From Burkholderiales bacterium (GTDB taxonomy: Bacteria > Pseudomonadota > Gammaproteobacteria > Burkholderiales > SG8-39): a stretch of DNA of 64,000 nucleotides. Location: positions 24,579 to 88,578 of the forward strand of contig JBBDXL010000101.1 in NCBI GenBank assembly GCA_040902335.1, in the 5' to 3' direction. The stretch's first letter is position 1, and each line of letters opens with the position of its first letter. Below are positions 38,483 to 45,971 of the stretch, piece after piece. Under the pieces are notes generated by a model. That model saw nothing but the letters and a program-made list of their open reading frames with translations. It did not search any database and had not been told where the DNA came from. Both the position numbers and the translations under genes were made by a program.

Positions 38483-38893
38483 TCAGGGCCTGAGCCAGTT
38501 CTGCACGGACAGGCCGGGGACGCGCCGGAATTCGCGCTCGTTGTTGGTGACGAGCGTCGCCCCGATGTGGCGGGCGTGCGCCGCGATCAGCAGATCGTAC
38601 GGCCCGATGGGTTTCCCGCGTGAAAGCAACGCGACCTTGATCACGGCGAAATCCTGGGTCGCGCCGCTCGGAAAATCATCCGCCTGGAGAAGCTCGAGCA
38701 GGCCGGCCAAGGTCTTTCTGTTCTCCGATCGAAATTCTCCGTTCTCGATCCCGAAGCGCAATTCCGCCAGCGTGACGGCCGAAAGCCGGACTTCCCCCGG
38801 CGAGCGCCCGGACATGCGTCGCGCGATCCTGTCGTAGTCCGGCTTACGGTTGACGAAGTGAACCAGGATGTCGGTGTCGAGCATCCAGATCAT
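38483..38893 (-). CDS. vapC: PIN-domain toxin VapC
   Basis: MIWMLDTDILV...TNNEREFRRVPGL. ATG 38893 overlaps the vapB stop (ATGA). Lower GC. Confidence 0.9.
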   Translation of the reverse strand: MIWMLDTDILVHFVNRKPDYDRIARRMSGRSPGEVRLSAVTLAELRFGIENGEFRSENRKTLAGLLELLQADDFPSGATQDFAVIKVALLSRGKPIGPYDLLIAAHARHIGATLVTNNEREFRRVPGLSVQNWLRP

Positions 38894-39111
38894 CGCCACT
38901 TCCGCCTCTGGTCCTTCGGCTGCCGACGCTCTATGCTGCCCTTGAAGCGGCCGACCACCGCCATGATCTGGTCGTAGGCGAGCTTCTTCGGCAGCAGCAG
39001 CACGCCACCGCCCGAGCGCTTGACAAGCACCTCGTCGGCGTCGAACCGGAACTCCTTCGGCAGGCGCACCGCCTGGCTGTTGCCGTGTTTGAATATCTTG
39101 GCAGTCTTCAT
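38890..39111 (-). CDS. vapB: AbrB/MazE-type antitoxin VapB
   Basis: 73 aa. MKTAKIFKHGNSQAVRLPKEFRF is the SpoVT/AbrB swapped-hairpin signature. Confidence 0.85.
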   Translation of the reverse strand: MKTAKIFKHGNSQAVRLPKEFRFDADEVLVKRSGGGVLLLPKKLAYDQIMAVVGRFKGSIERRQPKDQRRKWR

Positions 39112-39232
39112 GGGGCGCTCAGTTGGATAGATACGGTCAGTATATACCGCTTGCGCTGTCCCGGCTGGTGATCGGCCGGTCGAGCTCCCGGAATGCGCCC
39201 GCGGCGCTTGATCTTGCGCAAGAATCTTCCCC

Positions 39233-40111
39233 GTGATTGAAGAACGGCTGCGCCGCCACGTGCAGACGCTCGCCGGCGAGATCGGCGAGCGCCACGTCTG
39301 GCGCCCGCGCGCGCTGCACGCGGCGGCCGACTACGTCCGCGGGGAGTTCGAGTCGCTCGGGTTCGCGGTCGCGCCCCAGGCCTACGAGGTCTACGGCGTG
39401 CGCTGCGAGAACCTCGAGGTGACGATCCCCGGTTCCAGCCGCGCAAGCGAAATCGTGCTCGCGGGCGCGCACTACGACACCGTCGAGGGCAGCCCCGGCG
39501 CCGACGACAATGCGAGCGGCGTCGCGGGACTGATCGAGATCGCGCGCGCGCTGCGCGGCAGCCACCCCGAGCGCACGCTGAAGCTGGTCGCGTTCGTGAA
39601 CGAGGAGGCGCCGTTCTTCTATTTCGGCGAGATGGGGAGCAAGGTGTATGCGCGTGCGGCGCGAAAACGCGGCGACGACATCCGCGTCATGCTCTCGCTG
39701 GAGATGCTCGGCTGCTACCGCGACGAGCCGGGCAGCCAGGCGTATCCGCCGTTGCTGAAATGGTTCTATCCCGAGCGCGGCAATTTCATCGCCTTCGTCT
39801 CCAACCTGCGCTCGCGCCGCGCGCTCCTCGAGGTCTCGAACGCCTTTCGCGCGCACTCCAGCTTTCCCGCCGAGCGGCTCGCCAGTCCCGGCTTCGTCCC
39901 CGGCGTGTCATGGAGCGACCAGCTCTCGTTCTGGCGCGCCGGCTACCCGGGCGTGATGGTCACCGACACGGCCTTCTACCGCTACCCGCACTACCACCGG
40001 CCCACCGACACGCCCGAGCGGCTGCACTATGCCGAGATGGCGCGGGTGGTCGAAGGGCTGGCGCGAGCGCTCGCCGCGCTCGCGGGCCGCGCGGTCAGTA
40101 CTTCCTCTTGA
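39233..40111 (+). CDS. M28-family metallopeptidase
   Basis: 292 aa, GTG start. GAHYDTVEGSPGADDNASGVAGLIEIAR, VAFVNEE, and SDQLSFW-type zinc ligand pattern. Confidence 0.8.
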   Translation: MIEERLRRHVQTLAGEIGERHVWRPRALHAAADYVRGEFESLGFAVAPQAYEVYGVRCENLEVTIPGSSRASEIVLAGAHYDTVEGSPGADDNASGVAGLIEIARALRGSHPERTLKLVAFVNEEAPFFYFGEMGSKVYARAARKRGDDIRVMLSLEMLGCYRDEPGSQAYPPLLKWFYPERGNFIAFVSNLRSRRALLEVSNAFRAHSSFPAERLASPGFVPGVSWSDQLSFWRAGYPGVMVTDTAFYRYPHYHRPTDTPERLHYAEMARVVEGLARALAALAGRAVSTSS

Positions 40112-41210
40112 GCTCCTCCGCGACCGACTCGATCTCGCGGCGGAACGTGGCGTTCACCTGCTCATAGCGGCGCTGCGCGAGCGCGTCGTCGTACACGCTG
40201 ATCACCTCGACGTCGTAGTAGGAGCGCAGCCCGCCGTTGAACTCGACCGCCATCTCGGCGGTGGACCCGGGCGGGCCTTCGATCCGGTATTCCGGAATGA
40301 TCGGGAACAGGCCGCGCTCCACGGCGATCCGCTGGCCGCGATCGGAGAGCAGGAATTCGACGAAGGCGCGCGCGGCCCTGGGGTGCCTGGCGCCCTTGAG
40401 GATCGCCGCCGGCCCGGCGGTGATCCATGCGGTCTTCGGGGCGACGTACCTGATGTCGAACCCGGCCAGGCGATCCTCGAAAGCGAAATAGCTCGGCACG
40501 GCGAAGCCCACGGCGAATTCGCCCCGCGCCACGACCGCCGGGACGTCGCGGCTGCGGGGAGCGAAGAACCCGGTATTCGCCGCCAGACGCCGCGCCCATT
40601 CCCAGCCCTTCGCCTCGCCGTCGCGCTGCAGGATGACCTCGTACGCCGCGTGGCTGCTCGACGAACGCGTCGGCGGCGCCTGCGCGATGTTGCCCTTGAG
40701 CCGCGGGTCCAGGAGATCGTCCCAGTCCCGCGGCGGCGGCACGCCGAGGCGTTGCAGCAGCCGCGGGTGATAGACGATGCCGGTGGATTCGAGCACGGTG
40801 CCGACCCAGAAGCCCTCGGGGTCCTTGAGCAGGATCGGCTTGGGCCTGCCGAGCTTCTCCGGGATCGCCGCCGTCACCGCCCCGGGCAACTCGAGCGGTG
40901 CAAGCAGGTTCTGCGACGCGAGCCGGTCATAGAGCGCGCTCTCGCCGCCCCAGAAAAGATCCGCCTGCGGCCGCCCGCTCCATTCGACGATGCGGCCGTA
41001 GGCGAGCGGCGTGCCGGCGGACAGCGCGCTCGTCCTGACGTCGACGTTCCACCGCTGCTTCGCGTGCTTCCTGAACTCGGCCAGCGCGGGGTCGGAAAAG
41101 CTCTTCCCCACCGGCGTGATGAGGACGAGCTCGTCCTCGATGGGCGGCGCCGCGGCGAGCCCCGGCGTGACGAGCATCGCGGCGAGCGCCGCTGCGGCGA
41201 CGACGCGCAT
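40095..41210 (-). CDS. ABC-transporter periplasmic substrate-binding protein (Fe3+/polyamine-type fold), orphan paralog
   Basis: Roughly three-quarters identical by eye to the SBP at 49823..50926 (LVLITPV...WNV.V.T.AL.AGTP.AYGRIVEW.GRP.AD.FWGGESAL). Start is ATG 41210 (MRVVAAAALAAML, signal peptide) or ATG 41219. Confidence 0.85.
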   Translation of the reverse strand: MRVVAAAALAAMLVTPGLAAAPPIEDELVLITPVGKSFSDPALAEFRKHAKQRWNVDVRTSALSAGTPLAYGRIVEWSGRPQADLFWGGESALYDRLASQNLLAPLELPGAVTAAIPEKLGRPKPILLKDPEGFWVGTVLESTGIVYHPRLLQRLGVPPPRDWDDLLDPRLKGNIAQAPPTRSSSSHAAYEVILQRDGEAKGWEWARRLAANTGFFAPRSRDVPAVVARGEFAVGFAVPSYFAFEDRLAGFDIRYVAPKTAWITAGPAAILKGARHPRAARAFVEFLLSDRGQRIAVERGLFPIIPEYRIEGPPGSTAEMAVEFNGGLRSYYDVEVISVYDDALAQRRYEQVNATFRREIESVAEELKRKY

Positions 41211-41244
41211 GAAACGCATGCTGGCGCGCGCGCTGCGGGCCGGC

Positions 41245-41258
41245 TTGACGCAGATCAA
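41245..41258. promoter_or_regulatory. FNR-type box TTGACGCAGATCAA shared by divergent genes
   Basis: Centre at 41251.5. ATG 41210 is at -41.5 on the minus strand and ATG 41292 is at +40.5 on the plus strand. Confidence 0.75.
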
Positions 41259-41291
41259 CAACGGACGCCATGGCGATGGCCCAATGCAGGC

Positions 41292-41615
41292 ATGACCTCC
41301 GCCGACCCGAAGCTCATCGACGCCGTATGGCGGCACGGGCGCGCCATGCCCGGCGCCGACCCCGCGCACTGGCGCCAGGATGCCTGCGGCGCCTGGATGC
41401 GGCGCGAGCAGTGCGGCCACGAGCAAGCCGAGTTCGGCTGGAAGCTGGAGAAGGTGTCCGCCGGCGGCCCCGACAGCGCCGAGAACCTGCGGCCCTTCCA
41501 CCGCAGCAACGGCTACGACGTCGCCAACGGCCAATCACACTGCGCAGTCACCGCCGATCGCTCCAATCTTCCGGCGGAGAAATACGCGATGCCGCCGCGC
41601 AACCGCCCGGCCTAG
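41292..41615 (+). CDS. small HNH-like protein with a degenerate catalytic motif
   Basis: 107 aa: ...DACGAWMRREQCGHEQAEFGWKLEKVSAGGPDSAENLRPFHRSNGYD. It has the layout of short HNH nucleases (GWEIDH...GG.D...NL.PLH..N), but EK replaces the DH dyad. Confidence 0.5.
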   Translation: MTSADPKLIDAVWRHGRAMPGADPAHWRQDACGAWMRREQCGHEQAEFGWKLEKVSAGGPDSAENLRPFHRSNGYDVANGQSHCAVTADRSNLPAEKYAMPPRNRPA

Positions 41616-41626
41616 GCACCATTGTC

Positions 41627-41640
41627 TTGACTTACGTCAA
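41627..41640. promoter_or_regulatory. FNR-type box TTGACTTACGTCAA
   Basis: The centre at 41633.5 is 67.5 bp upstream of ATG 41701, which has an AGGAG Shine-Dalgarno sequence. Confidence 0.7.
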
Positions 41641-41700
41641 AGGGGGCGGCGCGGCGCGGCGGCATGCTTGGCGCGTCAGCCACCCAGGAGACCAAACGCC

Positions 41701-42249
41701 ATGCAACTCCCCGTGCAGATCACCTACCGCGGCATGGAAAGCTCCGCGGCCATCGAGGACGCGGTGCGCGACCGGGCCGCCAAGCTGGAGCAGTTCCATG
41801 CGCGCATCATGAGCTGCCGCGTGGTGATCGAGCAGCCCGCGCGCCACAAGACGAAGGGCAAGGAGTTCGTGGTGCACCTCGACCTCAAGGTGCCCGGCGG
41901 CGAGATCGCGGTGACCCGCGACCATCACGAGGACGTGTACGTCGCGCTGCGCGACGCGTTCGACGCCGCGCGCCGCAAGCTCGAGGACTTCGCGCGCGAG
42001 AGCCGCGGCGACGTCAAGCAGCACGAGCCCACGCAATCGGGCACCGTGGCGCGCATCCTGGCCGGGGAAGGCTACGGCTTCATCGCCACCGCCGACGGCC
42101 GCGAGCTGTACTTCTCGCGCGAGAACGTGGTGACGCCGCCGTTCGAGCACCTCGCCGCGGGCACCGCGGTGCATTTCATCGAGGAAGCGGCCGCCGAAGG
42201 CCCGCAGGCGAAGCGCGTCAGCGCGCGCCACGGCGCGGCGGGCGGCTGA
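41701..42249 (+). CDS. HPF/RaiA (S30AE) ribosome-hibernation domain fused to a cold-shock (CSD/OB) domain
   Basis: N-terminal part: MQLPVQITYRGMESSAAIEDAVRDRAAKLEQF...VVHLDLKVPGGEIAV...DVYVALRDAFDAARRKLEDF. C-terminal part: GTVARILAGEGYGFIATADGRELYFSRENVV (RNP1-like GYGFI). Confidence 0.8.
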   Translation: MQLPVQITYRGMESSAAIEDAVRDRAAKLEQFHARIMSCRVVIEQPARHKTKGKEFVVHLDLKVPGGEIAVTRDHHEDVYVALRDAFDAARRKLEDFARESRGDVKQHEPTQSGTVARILAGEGYGFIATADGRELYFSRENVVTPPFEHLAAGTAVHFIEEAAAEGPQAKRVSARHGAAGG

Positions 42250-42250
42250 G

Positions 42251-42490
42251 CTAGTCGGGGCGGCTCTCGCCCTTGCGTACCCAGACCCCGCGCTCGGCGC
42301 ACTGCAGCACCTCGCTGCCGCTGCGCACGTACTCGCCGAGGGCGAAGGCCTCGCCGTTGAAGTAGCAGGCGGGGGCTTCGGTCTCCAGGCCCGGCGTGAC
42401 CTCGTCTGCGTCGTACTCCACTTCGCCGATGATCGGGGAGTTCTTCAGCTCGGGGTCGGGCGCGCCGACTTGGGGCAACGAGTCTTTCAT
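42251..42490 (-). CDS. hypothetical small protein
   Basis: 79 aa from ATG 42490, with a GGGAGA Shine-Dalgarno sequence: MKDSLPQVGAPDPELKNSPIIGEVEYDADEV... Box L is centred 59.5 bp upstream. Confidence 0.5.
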   Translation of the reverse strand: MKDSLPQVGAPDPELKNSPIIGEVEYDADEVTPGLETEAPACYFNGEAFALGEYVRSGSEVLQCAERGVWVRKGESRPD

Positions 42491-42542
42491 GGGATCTCCC
42501 TGAAATGGAAGGATACGATGTCTCGCGAGCGCGCGGGCGGTA

Positions 42543-42556
42543 TTGACTTGCGTCAA
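42543..42556. promoter_or_regulatory. FNR-type box TTGACTTGCGTCAA
   Basis: Centre at 42549.5. The ftsH ATG 42592 is at +42.5, with TAGTGT at -13 to -8. ATG 42490 is at -59.5 on the minus strand and has a Shine-Dalgarno sequence. Confidence 0.75.
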
Positions 42557-42591
42557 ACTCATGCGCATCTGCGGCGGTTAGTGTGAGCGCA

Positions 42592-44385
42592 ATGGAAACG
42601 CGCACGCGCTTCAACGTCGCCTACCTCGTGTTCGCGCTGGTCGCGCTCATGCTCGTGCAGCGCTGGTGGCAGGAGGCGCAGTCGATCGACGTCGTGCCCT
42701 ACAGCGAGTTCGAGCAAATGCTCGCGGAGGGCCGCATCGCGGAGATCACCGTGGGCGAACGCCATATCGTCGGCAAGCTTAAGCAGCCCGAGGGGCGCAA
42801 GACCACGGTGGCGGCGAACCGGGTGGAGCCCGAGCTCGCCGCGCGGCTCGAGAAGTACGGCGTGCCCTACACGCGCCAGGTCGAGAGCACGGTCCTGCGG
42901 GACCTGCTCTCGTGGGTGGTGCCCGCGCTCGTCTTCTTCGGTGTGTGGATGCTGCTCGCGCGGCGCTTCGCCGGCCAGCAGGGCCTGGGCGGCTTCATGA
43001 GCATCGGCAAGAGCCGCGCCAAGGTTTACGTGGAACGCCAGACCGGCGTCACCTTCGCCGACGTGGCGGGCGTCGACGAGGCGAAGGCCGAGCTGCAAGA
43101 GGTGATCGAGTTCCTCAAGGACCCGGCCAAGTACGGGCGGCTCGGCGCGCGCGTGCCGAAGGGCATCCTGCTGGTGGGGCCGCCGGGCACCGGCAAGACG
43201 CTGCTCGCGCGCGCGGTGGCGGGCGAGGCGGGCGTGCCCTTCTTCTCCATCTCCGGCGCCGAGTTCGTGGAGATGTTCGTCGGCGTGGGCGCGGCGAGGG
43301 TCCGGGATCTGTTCGATCAGGCGCGGCAGAAGGCGCCCGCCATCATCTTCATCGACGAGCTGGACGCGCTCGGGCGCGCGCGCGGCACCTACGGCCTGGG
43401 CGGGCACGACGAGAAGGAGCAGACGCTGAACCAGCTCCTTTCCGAGCTCGACGGCTTCGATCCGTCCACCGGGGTGGTGCTGCTCGCCGCCACCAACCGG
43501 CCCGAGATCCTCGACCCGGCGCTGCTGCGCGCGGGGCGTTTCGATCGCCAGGTGCTCGTGGACCGCCCCGACAAGAAGGGGCGCATCCAGATCCTCGAGG
43601 TGCACGCGAAGAAGATCCGGCTCGCCGCGGGCGTCTCCATCGAGCAGGCGGCGGCGCTCACGCCCGGCTTCTCCGGCGCCGACCTCGCCAACCTGGTGAA
43701 CGAGGCGGCGCTCCTCGCCACGCGCCGCGGCGCCGACGCGGTGTCGCTCGAGGACTTCACCCTGGCGGTGGAGCGCATCGTCGCAGGGCTGGAGAAGAAG
43801 AGCCGCGTGCTGAACGAGACCGAGCGGCGTGTCGTTGCGCACCACGAGATGGGCCACGCGCTGGTCGCCATGGCGCTGCCGGGAACCGACCCGGTGCACA
43901 AGGTGTCCATCATCCCGCGCGGCGTGGGCGCGCTCGGCTACACCATCCAGCGCCCGACCGAGGACCGCTTCCTGATGACGCGCGAGGAGCTGGAGAACAA
44001 GATGGCGGTGCTGCTCGGCGGCCGCGCCGCCGAGGAAGTGTGCTTCGGGCGGCTGTCGACGGGAGCCGCCGACGATCTCGTCAAGGTGGCGAACATCGCG
44101 CGCGGCATGGTGATGCGCTACGGCATGGTCGAGTCGCTCGGCCCCCTCGCCTACGAGGAGGAGCGCGCGCCGTTTCTCGGCGGCGTGATGGCGCCCGCGC
44201 CGCGCGAGTACAGCGAGCAGACCGCGCGCGAGATCGACGTCGCGGTGCGCGAGATCGTGAAGGCGGCGCACGACAAGGCGTTCGGCCTCCTCACGCGCGA
44301 CAAGGCGCTGCTCGAGCGCGGCGCGGCGCTGCTGCTGCAGAAGGAGACGCTCGCCGAGGACGAGCTCGCCGCATTGAGAAGGTAA
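42592..44385 (+). CDS. ftsH: ATP-dependent zinc metalloprotease FtsH
   Basis: Two TM segments, Walker A GPPGTGKT, Walker [12 protein letters not shown] region, and zinc site HEMGHAL. Start is ATG 42592 or GTG 42583. Confidence 0.95.
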   Translation: METRTRFNVAYLVFALVALMLVQRWWQEAQSIDVVPYSEFEQMLAEGRIAEITVGERHIVGKLKQPEGRKTTVAANRVEPELAARLEKYGVPYTRQVESTVLRDLLSWVVPALVFFGVWMLLARRFAGQQGLGGFMSIGKSRAKVYVERQTGVTFADVAGVDEAKAELQEVIEFLKDPAKYGRLGARVPKGILLVGPPGTGKTLLARAVAGEAGVPFFSISGAEFVEMFVGVGAARVRDLFDQARQKAPAIIFIDELDALGRARGTYGLGGHDEKEQTLNQLLSELDGFDPSTGVVLLAATNRPEILDPALLRAGRFDRQVLVDRPDKKGRIQILEVHAKKIRLAAGVSIEQAAALTPGFSGADLANLVNEAALLATRRGADAVSLEDFTLAVERIVAGLEKKSRVLNETERRVVAHHEMGHALVAMALPGTDPVHKVSIIPRGVGALGYTIQRPTEDRFLMTREELENKMAVLLGGRAAEEVCFGRLSTGAADDLVKVANIARGMVMRYGMVESLGPLAYEEERAPFLGGVMAPAPREYSEQTAREIDVAVREIVKAAHDKAFGLLTRDKALLERGAALLLQKETLAEDELAALRR

Positions 44386-44388
44386 CGC

Positions 44389-44808
44389 ATGAAAAGACTC
44401 CATCGCCCGACCGAGGACCGCAAGATCGCCGGCGTGTGCGCCGGCCTGGGCGAGTATTTCGAGCTCGACCCGGTGTTCTTCCGCCTGTTCTTCCTGTTCT
44501 CGATCCTGTTCGGCGGCCTGGGCGCCGTCGCCTACGTCATGCTGTGGATCCTCGTCCCGTTGCGCGAAGGCGCGCAGCCGGGTCCCGGCAATGGGAAACG
44601 CCTGCGGCTCTCGGCCGGGGACCGCATGATCGGCGGCGTGTGCGGCGGGCTGGGCGAGTTCCTCGAGCTCGACCCGGTGCTGTTCCGCGCCGCGTTCCTG
44701 GTGCTCGCCGTCGTCGGCGGGCTGGGGATCCTGCTCTACCTCGTGCTGTGGCTGCTGATCCCGGGCCCCGCGCCCGAGGGAGCAGCGCTTGCATCCCGGC
44801 GACGATAG
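44389..44808 (+). CDS. tandem PspC-domain membrane protein
   Basis: 139 aa with two repeats of the PspC signature (RKIAGVCAGLGEYFELDPVFFRLFF; RMIGGVCGGLGEFLELDPVLFRAAF), each followed by a TM helix. Confidence 0.85.
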   Translation: MKRLHRPTEDRKIAGVCAGLGEYFELDPVFFRLFFLFSILFGGLGAVAYVMLWILVPLREGAQPGPGNGKRLRLSAGDRMIGGVCGGLGEFLELDPVLFRAAFLVLAVVGGLGILLYLVLWLLIPGPAPEGAALASRRR

Positions 44809-44815
44809 TCGGGCG

Positions 44816-45490
44816 ATGAGCGAGGTCTCCATCCCGGCCGGCGCCGTCACGCTCGAAGGCGCGCTCGAACTCCCGGCGAAGCCCCGCGGCGTGGTGGTCT
44901 TCTCCCACGGCAGCGGCTCCGGCCGCTTCTCCACGCGCAACCGCTATGTGGCGGGCGAGCTGCGCAAGTCGGGCATGGCCACGCTGCTCCTCGACCTGCT
45001 GACCGAGGAGGAAGACCAGGACACCGACAACCGCTTCGACATCCCGCTGCTCACCGAGCGCCTCGGCGACGCGGTGCGTTTCGCAGAGCGCCACGCAAGC
45101 ACGCGCGCGCTGCCGGTGGGCCTGTTCGGCGCGAGCACGGGGGCGGCGTCGGCGCTGCGCGTCGCGGCGGCCATGCCGCGCGAAGTGCGCGCGGTCGTGT
45201 CGCGCGGCGGCCGCCCGGACCTCGCGGGCCGCAGCGCGCTCTTGAACGTGCGGGCGCCCACGCTGCTCATCGTCGGCGCCGCGGACCACGGCGTGATCGA
45301 GCTGAACGAGGCGGCGCGCGACGCGCTCGAGAAGTGCGAGCGCGAGCTGGTGCTCGTGCCGCGCGCCACGCACCTGTTCGAGGAGCCGGGCACGCTCGAG
45401 GAGGTGGCGCGGCTCGCCGCGGCCTGGTTCGAGCGCCACCTCGCGGCCGCTAGCCCAGCCAGCCCCGGGCTTCGAGCCAACCGGCGATGA
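44816..45490 (+). CDS. dienelactone hydrolase-family alpha/beta hydrolase
   Basis: From ATG 44816: MSEVSIPAGAVTLEGALELPAKPRGVVVFSHGSGSGRFS...GLFGASTGAASAL (nucleophile elbow G-x-S-x-G)...LIVGAADH. Confidence 0.8.
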   Translation: MSEVSIPAGAVTLEGALELPAKPRGVVVFSHGSGSGRFSTRNRYVAGELRKSGMATLLLDLLTEEEDQDTDNRFDIPLLTERLGDAVRFAERHASTRALPVGLFGASTGAASALRVAAAMPREVRAVVSRGGRPDLAGRSALLNVRAPTLLIVGAADHGVIELNEAARDALEKCERELVLVPRATHLFEEPGTLEEVARLAAAWFERHLAAASPASPGLRANRR

Positions 45491-45971
45491 CCGTGGCCGC
45501 TTCGGCCGGCGTGCCGCGCTCGCCGTGCACCACGAGCTCCGGCGCGAGCGGCGGCTCGTAGGCTGCCTGCACCCCCGGCAGCGCAGCGCTCCTGCCCTCG
45601 CGCGCCGCGCGGTACAGGCCCTTCGGATCGCGCGCGGCGCACACCTCGAGCGGCGTATCGACGAACACTTCGGCGAAGCGCACGATGCTCGAGCGCGCCG
45701 CATCGCGGTAGGCGCGCAGGTTCGCCGTGGCGTCGAAGATCACGGGCCGGCCCTGCGCGACGACGTACGCCCCGAGCTGCGCGAGCGCCGCGTAGAAGAA
45801 GTCGCGCTCGGCCGGCGCGTAGCTCGCGAACGGCGTGAGCTGGGTGCGCAAGACGTCGGATTCGAGCACCGCGGCGTCGAGCCCGCGCGCGTGCAGCAGC
45901 GCGAGGAGCTCGCGCGCGATCGCGCTCTTGCCGGAGCCCGAGAGACCCGTCAGCCACACCGCGAAGCTCAT
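45450..45971 (-). CDS. P-loop kinase of the adenylyl-sulfate kinase (CysC-like) family
   Basis: 173 aa. WLTGLSGSGKSAIA (Walker A), FDATANLRAYRD, ARDPKGLYRAAREG. The ATG overlaps the upstream stop (ATGA). Confidence 0.8.
   Translation of the reverse strand: MSFAVWLTGLSGSGKSAIARELLALLHARGLDAAVLESDVLRTQLTPFASYAPAERDFFYAALAQLGAYVVAQGRPVIFDATANLRAYRDAARSSIVRFAEVFVDTPLEVCAARDPKGLYRAAREGRSAALPGVQAAYEPPLAPELVVHGERGTPAEAATVIAGWLEARGWLG

Noticed and set aside
39208-39221. FNR-like sequence TTGATCTTGCGCAA upstream of the M28 peptidase gene
   Set aside because: The right half-site has two mismatches. The centre is only 18.5 bp from the GTG 39233 start, with no start codon near 41 bp. I did not call it as a functional site.
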